Assembly (NCBI GenBank): GCA_965218585.1
Contig: CBDCLE010000002.1
Location: 320,001 to 384,000 of the forward strand
DNA: 64,000 nt
From: Terriglobia bacterium
GTDB taxonomy: Bacteria > Acidobacteriota > Terriglobia > 20CM-2-55-15
Reading direction: 5' to 3'
Shown one piece after another: positions 1 through 9,751 of this stretch. The translations under genes and the position numbers were made by a program. Below the pieces are notes generated by a model. It did not search any database. It was given only the letters and a program-made list of their open reading frames with translations, and was not told the origin of the DNA. How positions within the stretch are numbered: position 1 is the first letter of the stretch; every line of letters starts with the position of its first letter.

Positions 1-273
1 TCGGGTCTCAGTCAGCCGCCCCGCATTCTGAGGCTGCCGGCCGGCCGGGCCCGCAGGGGACTGGCGCGCAGCACCATCTCCCTGCGCATTGCCCAGGGCC
101 GTTTTCCAAGGCCCATTTCTCTGGGCGAGTGGGCCGTCGGCTGGATCGACGTGGAGATGGATGCCGGGTTGCGGCAGCAGATCGAGGCCAGCCGCCGGGA
201 GCCGGAGCCGCTGATCAGGCCATTTGGCGAGTTCGGCAACCTTTCAACGGAAGCTGAATTTCACGAGGCGTGA
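1..273 (+). CDS. AlpA-family regulator/excisionase-like protein (partial, degenerate; not in the ORF track)
   Basis: Frame +1 is open from base 1 to TGA 271-273 and reads RILRLPAGRARRGLARSTISLRIAQGRFPRPISLGEWAVGWIDVE, matching the AlpA pattern ILRL..V...TGLSRSTIY..I..G.FP.PI.LG..AVGW. Confidence 0.75.
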   Translation, partial: SGLSQPPRILRLPAGRARRGLARSTISLRIAQGRFPRPISLGEWAVGWIDVEMDAGLRQQIEASRREPEPLIRPFGEFGNLSTEAEFHEA

Positions 274-390
274 AACGGGGGATCGCGGTCGAAGTGTCGT
301 GGGAACTCCGAGAGCAGATCGGTTTGACGGCGGCACCGTGGAAGCGGTCAACGCGGCCGGGACCGGCACGAACAGGAATGGAGGCGCGCG

Positions 391-726
391 ATGGCGGAGA
401 AATTCTTTTCCCAGCGCGGGGAAGACGACACGGAGAAGGTTTCCGGCGAGCTCATCGAACAGGCTCACGATGAAGAACGCGACAGAGCCGAGGCGGAAAA
501 CCTTGCCCGGCCCCCGGCAGGGGCGGCCGTCTCTCAGAGTGAACGCGATTGGGCGTGGTGCCGGGAGGCGCTTCGGCGCGGGCTGGACCCGGCCATTGTC
601 CGGGCTCGCCTGGAAGACCGGCGGGCCGAGGATCAACCCAACCCAGAACACTACGCACGGCGCACCCTCGAGCGCGCTGAGGCTTCGCTTCGGCGGGAGA
701 TACCGGCCCCGGAGATCGAACGCTGA
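391..726 (+). CDS. Small helical protein resembling the C-terminal domain of RepB'-type plasmid primases (possible remnant)
   Basis: SQSERDWAW...LRRG...NPEHYARRTL motif; no catalytic primase domain seen upstream. Confidence 0.4.
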   Translation: MAEKFFSQRGEDDTEKVSGELIEQAHDEERDRAEAENLARPPAGAAVSQSERDWAWCREALRRGLDPAIVRARLEDRRAEDQPNPEHYARRTLERAEASLRREIPAPEIER

Positions 727-1234
727 TGGGTGATGCGCTGACACGAGACGAACTCCGAAAGATCGTCGTTGACGAGATCCAAGAGTATTTGTCGACCTAT
801 CGCGGAGCGGGTACCGCGGAGCGGTCCAAGGTCGGAACCGAACTATCGAGCGCAATGACACGGATTACAGCCGATTTATTGAAAAAGCGGGAAGGGCTTG
901 TTGCCGCGTTTGCCGTGCCCGGCCAGGTCGATCACGTCATCCGTACCTGGGGACGGGCTATTTTCACCGGCACGCTGATGCTCGCGGGAGTCCTCGGCGC
1001 GGCCTGGCTCGGCATCGCCGCGACCGAACAACGATTTCGGTGGCAGGTGGCAAAGAACGCGGAGATCGCCGAACAGATTGCCGCGCAGGAACGCATCCTG
1101 GATCAACTCAACCGGAGGACGGGCGCGCTTACTCTGGAGGACGTTGCTTCGTGCTTTTTCCCGCTGACGCCGATGTAGCGGCTGTGTATCGGCTCAACAA
1201 TCGGCCGGCCGTCGAGGTTGAATGCCATGAGTGA
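726..1234 (+). pseudogene. Membrane-anchored coiled-coil mobilization accessory protein, probable frameshift near 1135
   Basis: ORF 726-1178 has a TM helix and coiled coil; a more protein-like tail GRCFVLFPADADVAAVYRLNNRPAVEVECHE continues in another frame to 1234. Confidence 0.4.
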
Positions 1235-2036
1235 ACGGGATGCCAATGAGAAACGGAAGATCCCGGTAGGCAAACTCGCCAGCCTGGTCCATTCAGCTGT
1301 TAACAAGAACACGGTCCCTCAACAGGCCGACGCTTCCGAGGAAGGCCAGGGACCGAAGGAGCCGGAGCGGGGCAAGGACCCCGAGAGCAAGCGTGTCAGG
1401 GAATTGGTCAAACTACTCACGGCCGCGATTGATTCCAATGATGCGAAGACCGACGAAAAGATCATCGCACTTGCCCGCAATCTCTCCGAACGAAAACGGA
1501 GTCTGATCCAGATCGCGGCGGTGAAGATCAAACAGACCGAAGAACGGACCGAAGTGGCCCTCGATCAATTTACAGACCGGATCGTGACGTTTCATGACGT
1601 GCTCACCAAAACACTGAAGGAAGGCAATGCGCAGAAAGCTCTCGAGAGAGCGCAAAAGACGCTGGATGACATCCACATGAGTTATTGGGATCGCTTCGTC
1701 AAGGGTGTCAATGACACGTATCAGAACAAACTCGATGACGCGAAGCAGCAGATACAGGGCGTTCTTGACAAGGCGACCGACAACTTTTCCAAGCAAATCG
1801 CCGCACTATTGGACAAGTCCATACGCGAGGTTCAATCGCCCGTCGGGTCGCTCAAGCTCCGGGCCTTCCGGGAGAGGCGATTGCTTATCGGGGCGCTGGT
1901 CCTGGGGCTGATGCTGGGATCTGTCCTTGGAATCATGCGCCACACACTCTGGAACAGCGCCGAGGTGGCCAGCCGTCAGGCGCTCCGCGTGTTCGGTCCT
2001 TTCGTCCTGCCACTCTCAGGTCGGAGTGAACAATGA
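1218..2036 (+). CDS. Hypothetical coiled-coil protein with C-terminal TM helix
   Basis: 272-aa ORF, heptad-rich, LLIGALVLGLMLGSVLGIM; overlaps its neighbours. Confidence 0.65.
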   Translation: MNAMSERDANEKRKIPVGKLASLVHSAVNKNTVPQQADASEEGQGPKEPERGKDPESKRVRELVKLLTAAIDSNDAKTDEKIIALARNLSERKRSLIQIAAVKIKQTEERTEVALDQFTDRIVTFHDVLTKTLKEGNAQKALERAQKTLDDIHMSYWDRFVKGVNDTYQNKLDDAKQQIQGVLDKATDNFSKQIAALLDKSIREVQSPVGSLKLRAFRERRLLIGALVLGLMLGSVLGIMRHTLWNSAEVASRQALRVFGPFVLPLSGRSEQ

Positions 2037-2242
2037 CCCCACATCGGGAGGTGAGCATGCCACGACAGATCCGTGTTGCAACGACGCCGGAGGAATTTAA
2101 CGCCTGTTGGGCCAGTGGCGAGGCGTTCGAGGCGTCGGAAGAGTTGGCCGCCCGGATGGGATTTTTCCCGACCACCGAGGACGTCATCAGCGACGAGGAA
2201 TTTTTTGCCGCGCCCGATCCGAACCAGCCGGAGGCGGATTAA
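2033..2242 (+). CDS. Small acidic hypothetical protein
   Basis: ATGA overlap with the upstream gene; stop abuts the next ATG. Confidence 0.5.
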   Translation: MTPHREVSMPRQIRVATTPEEFNACWASGEAFEASEELAARMGFFPTTEDVISDEEFFAAPDPNQPEAD

Positions 2243-4306
2243 ATGAGCCGGAGAAAAGACTTCATTGATTCTCTCCTCGATGGCGCGTCTCGATTGCATC
2301 GCGCCGCCGGGGGTCACACCCATCACCAGGTCGGCGACCTTCTCGAACGTGGCGCGGATCCAAACATCCGCAATTGGCGGGGCGAGACACCCCTGCATCG
2401 GGCCGCCATCCGGAATCCCGACCTGGATGTATCCCGCACCTTGATTAACGCCCGGGCCGACGTAAACGCCCGGGACGAGACAGGCGCGACGCCATTGCAC
2501 CGGGCCGCGCACAACCCAACCACGGGTCGCGCCCATCTCTTGATAGAGGCGGGGGCGGATGTCGGTGCCCGCGATCACGAGGGACGAACCCCTCTGCATC
2601 ATGCCGCGGAGTCGGGGCGCGAGGAAATGATCGTCTGTTTCATCGAAGCCGGGGCCGACCCGAACGTGCGCGATAACGCGGGCGAGACGCCCCTGCATCG
2701 GGCCCTCGACAAGGGTTGGGGTGAGGGCACCGAGACTCTTCTCAATCATGGGGCCGATCCGAGGGTTCGCGACAACGCGGGGCGGATTCCAATGCACCTG
2801 GCCTATGCCGCCGACCGGCAGGACCTGGTGAATCGGCTCGGCGAAGCCGGGACCCACCTGGAGGCGCGGGATGATACGGGCCGTGTGCCTGTCCAATACG
2901 TTCGCTCCGGAGACGTGCGGACAAGCCCGGAATCGAAGGCGCGGATTCAAGACACTGTCAATCCGGCCGATTCAGAAGGACGCACTCCCTTGCATCGTGC
3001 CGCTGAAAAAGCCTCCTATATCGGCACGCACCGATTGCTTCAACAGGGAGCGGATCCGAACGTTCGCGACAACGAGGGACGGACCCCTCTGGAATTGGCG
3101 ACCGCCAGGCGCGCGCGGCTCGATCACGATGCGCTTCCCATGGGCGATGAAACGGTGCGGCACTTCGAGAAGGTCGCCACGCCCCAACCAGAACACAAAC
3201 CCCACACCGATACCCATCCCGGCAGGGGGCGGCCCACGCGCGGAAAGACAAGCACCGAAGAGTATTACAGGCAGTTTGCCGACGACATCATCTCCCAGAT
3301 CGAGCGTGGCACCGCGCCGTGGCAGAAGCACTGGAAGCCCGGCGAAAACCGATTGCCCGAAAACTTCTCTACGGGCGCGCGCCATCAAGGCGGGAATGCG
3401 TTGCAACTGATGGTCAAGCGCACCGGGCGCGCCTGGAACGATCACCGCTGGGGCACCTACAACCAGATCAAAGAGGCCGGGGGGCAGGTGCGGAAAGGCG
3501 AACGGGGCACCACGATCCTCGTCTACAAGCCGCCGATGCGGGCCGACGGGAAGGAAGCCACCCCGGGCGAGCTGGCCGAAGACGGCCGCAAGAATCCCGA
3601 TGCTCGGAAGACAACGCGGCCCATGTGGAAACGCTACACCGTGTTCAACGTCGAGCAAGCCGACGGGTTGAAACTCCCCAACCGGGCCGCGCCGACTCCC
3701 GAATGGGAGGCGCAGCAGAACGTCGAGAAAGTCATCGAGGCGAATGGTGTGCCGATCCGCGAAGTCAACGGCGACCGGGCCTACTACAACATGCCGCGCG
3801 ACGAGATCGTCCTGCCCGACCGGTCGCAATTCAAGAACGCGGAAGGCTATTACCAGACCGCGCTCCATGAAGTCGGCCACAGCACCGGACACGAGAGCCG
3901 CATGAACCGGGAGAGTCTTCAACAGGGCATCAAGGACGGCTTCGGGTCGGAGGCTTACGCGCGGGAAGAACTGCGGGCGGAAATCAGCGCCATGATGTCC
4001 TCCGATCGCCTGGGCGTGGCCTACGAACCGCAACACGGAACCGCCTACGTCAAGGGATGGGTCGAGGTGCTCCAGGACGACCCGAAGGAAATCCACAAGG
4101 CGGCGGCCGAGGCCGGACGCATTTCCGACTATGTCTGCGAAGCGCCCGAGCGCAACCGAGCCAAGACCATGGGCGAGACCAGGGATCGACCCACCGTAAC
4201 GGGCGAGGTGCCGGGACGCGGGCGGGCGATGCCCACTCCGGTGGTCGCGCATCAACCGCAACCGGCGGTCCCGACGAGGGCACCTGAAATCGAGTTGAGC
4301 CGCTAA
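2243..4306 (+). CDS. Ankyrin-repeat / ArdC (ssDNA-binding DUF1738 + zincin MPTase) fusion protein
   Basis: About 8 ankyrin repeats (GADPN.RD..G.TPLH.A) in aa ~1-290; ArdC-N motifs PWQKHW, GTYNQIKEAGGQVRKGE, YTVFNVEQ; HEVGH zinc motif and YAREELRAE. Confidence 0.92.
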   Translation: MSRRKDFIDSLLDGASRLHRAAGGHTHHQVGDLLERGADPNIRNWRGETPLHRAAIRNPDLDVSRTLINARADVNARDETGATPLHRAAHNPTTGRAHLLIEAGADVGARDHEGRTPLHHAAESGREEMIVCFIEAGADPNVRDNAGETPLHRALDKGWGEGTETLLNHGADPRVRDNAGRIPMHLAYAADRQDLVNRLGEAGTHLEARDDTGRVPVQYVRSGDVRTSPESKARIQDTVNPADSEGRTPLHRAAEKASYIGTHRLLQQGADPNVRDNEGRTPLELATARRARLDHDALPMGDETVRHFEKVATPQPEHKPHTDTHPGRGRPTRGKTSTEEYYRQFADDIISQIERGTAPWQKHWKPGENRLPENFSTGARHQGGNALQLMVKRTGRAWNDHRWGTYNQIKEAGGQVRKGERGTTILVYKPPMRADGKEATPGELAEDGRKNPDARKTTRPMWKRYTVFNVEQADGLKLPNRAAPTPEWEAQQNVEKVIEANGVPIREVNGDRAYYNMPRDEIVLPDRSQFKNAEGYYQTALHEVGHSTGHESRMNRESLQQGIKDGFGSEAYAREELRAEISAMMSSDRLGVAYEPQHGTAYVKGWVEVLQDDPKEIHKAAAEAGRISDYVCEAPERNRAKTMGETRDRPTVTGEVPGRGRAMPTPVVAHQPQPAVPTRAPEIELSR

Positions 4307-4324
4307 CAGAAGGAGGGGCCCGGA

Positions 4325-4594
4325 ATGACGGACACGAAACCGGCCGATGAGATCCGCTTCGGCCGTGTCAAGGGGACAATCTGGATGAATCCCACCGAGG
4401 ACGGACAGGCCCGCTACAGCGTCGTCTTTTCACGCGTCTACCGCGCCGGTGAGCAGTGGAAGAGTACGCACAGCTTCGGCCGCAATGACCTCTTGCTCCT
4501 GGCCAAGGTCGCCGACATCGCACACACCCGGATCTGGGCGCTTCGACAGGATGAAGCAGCCGCGGCCGAGCCGGCGCCCGAGACAGAGGCATAG
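4325..4594 (+). CDS. Small conserved mobile-element protein, putative PC4-like ssDNA-binding fold
   Basis: RBS AGGAGG; EIRFGRVKGTIW...YSVVFSRVY...WKSTHSFGRNDLLLLAKVAD; the fold assignment is inference. Confidence 0.6.
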   Translation: MTDTKPADEIRFGRVKGTIWMNPTEDGQARYSVVFSRVYRAGEQWKSTHSFGRNDLLLLAKVADIAHTRIWALRQDEAAAAEPAPETEA

Positions 4595-4598
4595 CCGC

Positions 4599-5510
4599 GT
4601 GGCGCGCTTTGACATCCGGGAGACGACAACGCGTGACCGGCAACCGGAGCCTGGACCCGAGCGCCGGCCCGACCGGGGGGCGGAGCGCCCCGGACATCGG
4701 CGCACCTACGATCCGCGCCGGGAGTGCCAGGACATCAAAGAGCGAATGCGTGCCGCTGTGGCAGACGTCGGTCATTACCGGGTCCTCGCCCTGGCCGATC
4801 TTGTCCGAGAGCGGTTCGGGGGGAACCCGTTTGCGGCGCGCAAGGCCGTCAACCGAATGAAGGCCGATGGACTGGTCACCGAACGCACCCTTCATGGGCC
4901 CAAGGGCGGGACCTACCGTGTGTTGACTCCCACGGAACAGGGAGCCCGCCGCGCCCTCGAGCAAGGCAGTCAATGGGGCCTGGACCCCGAACAACGAATA
5001 TGGGGGAGCCCACTACCGAAAGCTCACGACGCGAGCCACGATGTGGCCATCTACCGGGCGGCACGGGCCGAACAGGCCCGCTTCCAACAACGCGGGGCAA
5101 CGCTTCGGCGCATCCGCATCGACGCGGAACTGAAAGGTGAGATCAATAGCCGATCCGAGACCGCGCGCATCCGTGGCGGCCAGGAGGCAGCCAACCGGGA
5201 GCGCGAGAAAGCCGCCCGAGAACTCCATCTGCCCGTCCAGGACGGCCGGGTGCAGTATCCCGACGCGCAGCTGGAATTTCTCGAATCCGACGGCCTCACC
5301 CGAGGCCACGTCAACATCGAAGTCGTCTCCGGCAACTACCGGGCCGCCGACATCGCGGCCAAGGCCGCGGCGGGATTCCAGATGCACGGCAACGGCAGCC
5401 CGCGCGCCCAATCGCTCATCGCCAGTGCAGCACAACTCGCCCGGTCGGCGAGTCAGGGCGGTGGCGGTGGCGGTGGTGGCGAACGTGGCAAGGGAGTCAT
5501 CGAACTATGA
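4599..5510 (+). CDS. wHTH + PD-(D/E)xK replication-relaxation (MOBC-like) family protein
   Basis: GTG start at 4599; wHTH-like N-region, HDVAIY, YPDAQLEF and HVNIEVVSGNY motifs; position directly before the virB genes. Confidence 0.6.
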   Translation: MARFDIRETTTRDRQPEPGPERRPDRGAERPGHRRTYDPRRECQDIKERMRAAVADVGHYRVLALADLVRERFGGNPFAARKAVNRMKADGLVTERTLHGPKGGTYRVLTPTEQGARRALEQGSQWGLDPEQRIWGSPLPKAHDASHDVAIYRAARAEQARFQQRGATLRRIRIDAELKGEINSRSETARIRGGQEAANREREKAARELHLPVQDGRVQYPDAQLEFLESDGLTRGHVNIEVVSGNYRAADIAAKAAAGFQMHGNGSPRAQSLIASAAQLARSASQGGGGGGGGERGKGVIEL

Positions 5511-5824
5511 AACCGATCTTCTTTGGCATCGGCATCACGGCGGTGTGGGCCGGGACGGCTGTTCTTTTGGTCGGGTCGCAACTCGATTTCCTATCGCCCT
5601 GGTGGGGCGCGATCCTTCGCACCTATTGGCTCACGCTTACTCTTCACGCGGCGGCGGCGTGCGTCACGAGCATCGTGGTGTTCTACGAGCTGGCACGTGT
5701 GCTGGGGCTGGCCGATCTGGGGCGGCGGGTTGAATTGGTAGAGCGCGGCATTCGCCGTGGCTCCGGGGATCGGGACCTTCAACAGGCTCTCGAACGGGGC
5801 GATGACGGTCTGTATCCCGATTAA
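5507..5824 (+). CDS. Small two-TM membrane protein of the conjugation cluster
   Basis: ATGA overlap with the upstream gene; two hydrophobic helices. Confidence 0.65.
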   Translation: MKPIFFGIGITAVWAGTAVLLVGSQLDFLSPWWGAILRTYWLTLTLHAAAACVTSIVVFYELARVLGLADLGRRVELVERGIRRGSGDRDLQQALERGDDGLYPD

Positions 5825-5846
5825 CAAACGAACAGGGAGGGCAACG

Positions 5847-6140
5847 ATGACTCTGGTTACAAACAACACATGGTGGCACCGCGGCCTGGGGGTCGTGGCG
5901 ATTCTGCTATGCGCTCCGGTCGCGGTATGGGCGCAGAGCCCCTGGCTCCAGGCCATCACCGTCCTGGAGGCCGCATTTACCGGGCCGATCGCGCGCGGGC
6001 TGGCCCTGATCAGCATCGTCTGTGGCGGCCTGATGTTCGCCTTCGGCGAGGGCGGCAGCAAGAAGGCCATGGCCGGGATCATCTTCGGGGTGGGCATGGC
6101 CGTGGGTGCGGTCAATTTCCTCGGCTGGCTGTTTCCCTGA
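5847..6140 (+). CDS. virB2: VirB2/TrbC pilin
   Basis: RBS AGGGAGG; signal peptide, SPW..AI..L...FTGPIARGLALISIV.GGLMFAFGEG. Confidence 0.9.
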   Translation: MTLVTNNTWWHRGLGVVAILLCAPVAVWAQSPWLQAITVLEAAFTGPIARGLALISIVCGGLMFAFGEGGSKKAMAGIIFGVGMAVGAVNFLGWLFP

Positions 6141-6451
6141 TGGCGCGGCAAGGCAAGCGGCTCTGGCCCTGCTACCCCAGTCTCAGCCGCCCGCTCACCA
6201 TCATGGGGGTCGAACGCACGTGGTTCATCCTGAGCGCCACGCTGGCGCTCGCCCTCTGGAATGCCCTGAACGCCATCGTCACGGCAGCCGTGGTTTTTGT
6301 TGTGTTGTGGGGCGCGGGCTACCTCGCCTGGAAACAGGATCCCAACATGCTGGCGATCCTCAAGGCGTCGACCCGTTTCAAACCGCGTTACGACCCCGGC
6401 AAGTGGATTGCCGAGCCGTGGCGCGTGATCCTCGAAGGACGGCATCCATGA
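6140..6451 (+). CDS. virB3: VirB3/TrbD
   Basis: SLSRPLTIMGVER, two TM helices, KQDP..L, RYDP; lies between virB2 and virB4. Confidence 0.9.
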   Translation: MARQGKRLWPCYPSLSRPLTIMGVERTWFILSATLALALWNALNAIVTAAVVFVVLWGAGYLAWKQDPNMLAILKASTRFKPRYDPGKWIAEPWRVILEGRHP

Positions 6452-8880
6452 ATCTTGCCGGTGAACGCAGGGAATACGATGCGGCCGGCGCGCTGGCCGA
6501 GGAGTTGCCCTGGTGGGGTTATCTCAATGACGACCGGACCTGCCTGACCCGGGATGGTCAGTTGCTATGCGTCGGCCGCATCACCTCGAGCACGCTCGAT
6601 GGCCGAACGGGCGAGGCGCTCGATACGGTGCTGGAACGCTGGACCCGGCTGCTCTCCAATGTCGAGCCCGGCGGCCGGCTCCATTTCTATCTGCTCCGGC
6701 GGCCGGTTGACCTTCCCGCAGACGCATCCGATGACGGCGATAGCGTCTCGGCACTTGCGCGGCGGCGCCGCAAGGCATTCCTTACCGAACGATTGCAGGA
6801 CGTTCAGGCGTATCTGGTCTGGTGTCACGATCCGGGATTGCAACAGGCCACCACGATGCATGGACGGGGGCCGTGGTGGTTCAACTACTGTCGCGCCTGG
6901 TTTGCCCGGAACCGGGCGCCGCATGAGGCCGTCTACATTTACGACGAGATCGAGACCGCGGCCTCGCGTTTCCGGCAGGTTGTGGATGCCGCCTCGAAGC
7001 TCGTCTCCGACCTGACCCCGATCGAATTGTTGAACGGCCGGGACGGGGGCCGTTTCTTCAGTGAGTTGGTCAACCGGCCGGGGTTGCCCTGGGATGGCTC
7101 GGTCAGCTCTGGATTGAACTGGAGCCTCGCCGTTTCCGAGTTGGATGCCGAGCGGCGCTTCCTGCGCCTCGACGGGGAACCCGTCATCCTCTATTCCCTG
7201 CTCTCGCCACCGGGCGCGGCCCGCGCCAACATGCTCAACGACCTGTATCGGCTCGACGCCCGCATGACGGTGTCGCTGGAATGGCGCCCCTACACGACCG
7301 AGGCGGGCCGGAAGAAGATCAACTCCGCGCGCAAGCACTACTTCTCGCAGCGGTACTCGATGATGGCGCACGTTCAGGAAACCGAAGGCAGTGCCGTGGC
7401 TATGGAGGACAGCGTGGCCAGCGCGGAGTCGGATCGGTTGTCCAAAGCCCTGGTGGAACTCGAAACCGATGGCATTGCCTATGGCGACGTGAGTTTGTCC
7501 ATCGCCTTGCATGGCGAGCTGGCCGACATCGAGCGCCTGGATGGCGACGTGCGGCGCATCTTCGCCACCCACGACGCGAAGCTGATCCGGGAGGGCTATG
7601 GGCAACTCGCGCAGTGGTTCAATCGGATGCCCGGCCAGCCCCGCTCCCGGCAACTGCGCAAGGTCCTGGTGTCCGCCGGTGCCGCTGCCTCGCTCGCGCC
7701 CCTGTTCGGCCCGCCGCGCGGCACGGAGCGGAGCGCCCATCTTGGTGCGCCGGCACTCACAACACTCGAAACCCATTGGCAAACGCCATTCTTCTATGAC
7801 CTCTTTGCCGATGTCGGGCACACGCTGATCCTGGGAGCGACCGGGGCCGGCAAGAGCTTCACGCTGAATTTCCTGCTCGTTCAGGCGTTGCAGTACCGGC
7901 CGCGCGTCCTGATTCTCGACCTCGGGGGAAGCTATCGCTGGCTCACACGCTTCCTTGGCGGGGGCTACCTGGAACTCTCGCCCGATGACAGCCGATCGGA
8001 GGATGCCTTCCGGTTGCAGCCGTTCAGTCTCCCGCCCGGTGAGCGCACGTTTCAGTTCCTCACCGGCTGGGTCACGCGACTCCTCCGGCTCGGGGGCATG
8101 GAAACCAGCGGCGACGATCCCACCGAGATCCGCAACCGCATCGAAGACCTTTATGCCTTTCCCCCGGCACGGCGCGACCTCAGTTCCCTGGTCCGGTCCT
8201 TGCCCAGGCGCATGTGGGCGGCGATGGGACGCTGGCACGGCGCGGGCACCTGGGCCCGGTATTTCGACAACCCGGCCGACGGCGCCGACCTGGAATTTGC
8301 CGACTGGCAAGTGATCGATCTGGCCGGGGCGGCCGAGCATGAAGACCTGTGCGAAGCCGCCATGTTCTACCTGCTCGAACGCCTGCGGCTTGCGCTGGAA
8401 GACCCCGCCGGCATTGCCCGGGTCAAGCTCATGGTGGTGGACGAGGCGTGGCGCTACCTCAAGGACCCGGCCGTGCTGTCCTATCTCGCCGAGGCCGCCA
8501 AGACCTGGCGGAAGAAGAACGCCGCCCTCATCATGGCGACACAGAGCGCGGTCGATGTGACCGGTACGACCGGCGCATCCGGGCTGCTCGAATCCATGCC
8601 CACCAAGGTGTTCCTGGCGAACCCGAATCTCCCCGAAAAGGTCGGGGAGATCTTCCGGCTCAATCCCAGCGAAATGGAGACGATCCGATCTCTCGTTCCC
8701 AAGATGGAACTCTACCTCCGGCGCGCCGGAGAGGCCGCGATCCTCCGGCTCGAAGTCGATCCGGCGAGCTACTGGCTCTATACCTCCAACCCCCGTGATT
8801 CCGAACGGCGCGCCCGGATGATCGAGGAACACGGACTGCAACGCGCCCTGGAAATCCTGGGCGCAGGGAGTGAACAGTGA
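6448..8880 (+). CDS. virB4: VirB4/TrbE ATPase
   Basis: ATG at 6448; VGHTLILGATGAGKSF Walker A, MVVDEAW Walker B, KTWRKKNAALIMATQS. Confidence 0.95.
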   Translation: MNLAGERREYDAAGALAEELPWWGYLNDDRTCLTRDGQLLCVGRITSSTLDGRTGEALDTVLERWTRLLSNVEPGGRLHFYLLRRPVDLPADASDDGDSVSALARRRRKAFLTERLQDVQAYLVWCHDPGLQQATTMHGRGPWWFNYCRAWFARNRAPHEAVYIYDEIETAASRFRQVVDAASKLVSDLTPIELLNGRDGGRFFSELVNRPGLPWDGSVSSGLNWSLAVSELDAERRFLRLDGEPVILYSLLSPPGAARANMLNDLYRLDARMTVSLEWRPYTTEAGRKKINSARKHYFSQRYSMMAHVQETEGSAVAMEDSVASAESDRLSKALVELETDGIAYGDVSLSIALHGELADIERLDGDVRRIFATHDAKLIREGYGQLAQWFNRMPGQPRSRQLRKVLVSAGAAASLAPLFGPPRGTERSAHLGAPALTTLETHWQTPFFYDLFADVGHTLILGATGAGKSFTLNFLLVQALQYRPRVLILDLGGSYRWLTRFLGGGYLELSPDDSRSEDAFRLQPFSLPPGERTFQFLTGWVTRLLRLGGMETSGDDPTEIRNRIEDLYAFPPARRDLSSLVRSLPRRMWAAMGRWHGAGTWARYFDNPADGADLEFADWQVIDLAGAAEHEDLCEAAMFYLLERLRLALEDPAGIARVKLMVVDEAWRYLKDPAVLSYLAEAAKTWRKKNAALIMATQSAVDVTGTTGASGLLESMPTKVFLANPNLPEKVGEIFRLNPSEMETIRSLVPKMELYLRRAGEAAILRLEVDPASYWLYTSNPRDSERRARMIEEHGLQRALEILGAGSEQ

Positions 8881-9749
8881 TGACTCATCGACCTTTTACG
8901 CGGCGGGTCGCGCGGACGGCGCTCGCTCTCGCCGGCACCGCGCTTCTCTGGCTGGGACAGCCTCCGTCGAGTACCGCCCAGGACGCCGGCCCCATGCTGC
9001 GCATCGAGGCGATCCCCGGTGTCGATCAACTTGTCGATATCGAGACCCGGGTGCGCCATACCACCGTCATCGTCCTGCCGGAGAACGAGAACATCCTCGA
9101 TTTCGTGGTCGGGGATTCCGAGTACTGGCATCTGACCGGCGCGGCGAATGTGGCCTTCCTGAAGCCGATCGCAACGGGTGTGGAAACCAACGTCGCCCTG
9201 ATTTGCGAGTCCGGACGGATCTATTCCTTCCTCGCATCCGAAGGCGGGGAGCCTCACCTGGTCGTCCGGATCGAGCCGCCGCCCGAGGACGACACTCTCA
9301 TATCGGCAGAACCGCACACGCCCGCCTTCATTGCCCGTTCCGAAGTCACCGCCTATCAGGTCATGGCGCAACAGGCCCGGGAGACCGCGCGCAACGCCCA
9401 GGTGGCGGCCGACACGGTGGCCGCCGAAGCGCGCGCCGCGGCCGCTGCGGCGGTCGAGGAGTTTCGGGCGGACTATCCCACGCGGCTGCATTTTGTTTAC
9501 AGCCTGTCGGATCGAGCTCTCGATCCCCCCTTCAATGTCGAAGCCATGTGGCACGACGGCCAGTTCACCTATCTCCGCTCCCACGCCCAGGAATCGCCGG
9601 CCCTGTATGAAGCCGTCGACGGCGACCCGTCGCTGGCCGCCTACGACCTCACCGAAGACGGCCTGTTCATTGTGCGGCGCATCCTCGATTCCGGCTGGCT
9701 GCAGATTGGAGAGCGCCGGGCGATCTGGCGCTACGAACCGGAGCGTTAG
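8877..9749 (+). CDS. virB9: VirB9/TrbG
   Basis: Signal peptide; RHTTVIVLPENE, FLKP...ETN, MWHDGQFTYL, ESPALY motifs. Confidence 0.9.
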   Translation: MMTHRPFTRRVARTALALAGTALLWLGQPPSSTAQDAGPMLRIEAIPGVDQLVDIETRVRHTTVIVLPENENILDFVVGDSEYWHLTGAANVAFLKPIATGVETNVALICESGRIYSFLASEGGEPHLVVRIEPPPEDDTLISAEPHTPAFIARSEVTAYQVMAQQARETARNAQVAADTVAAEARAAAAAAVEEFRADYPTRLHFVYSLSDRALDPPFNVEAMWHDGQFTYLRSHAQESPALYEAVDGDPSLAAYDLTEDGLFIVRRILDSGWLQIGERRAIWRYEPER

Positions 9750-9751
9750 TC

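Noticed and set aside
5457-5480. GGC/GGT repeat as a phase-variation tract
   Set aside because: An in-frame trinucleotide run encoding a poly-Gly linker; length changes would not shift the frame
6565-8841. 758-aa minus-strand ORF (also 1976-2950, 2972-4261, 11759-12892, 16166-17410)
   Set aside because: Antisense shadows of well-supported GC-rich genes, with no recognisable motifs
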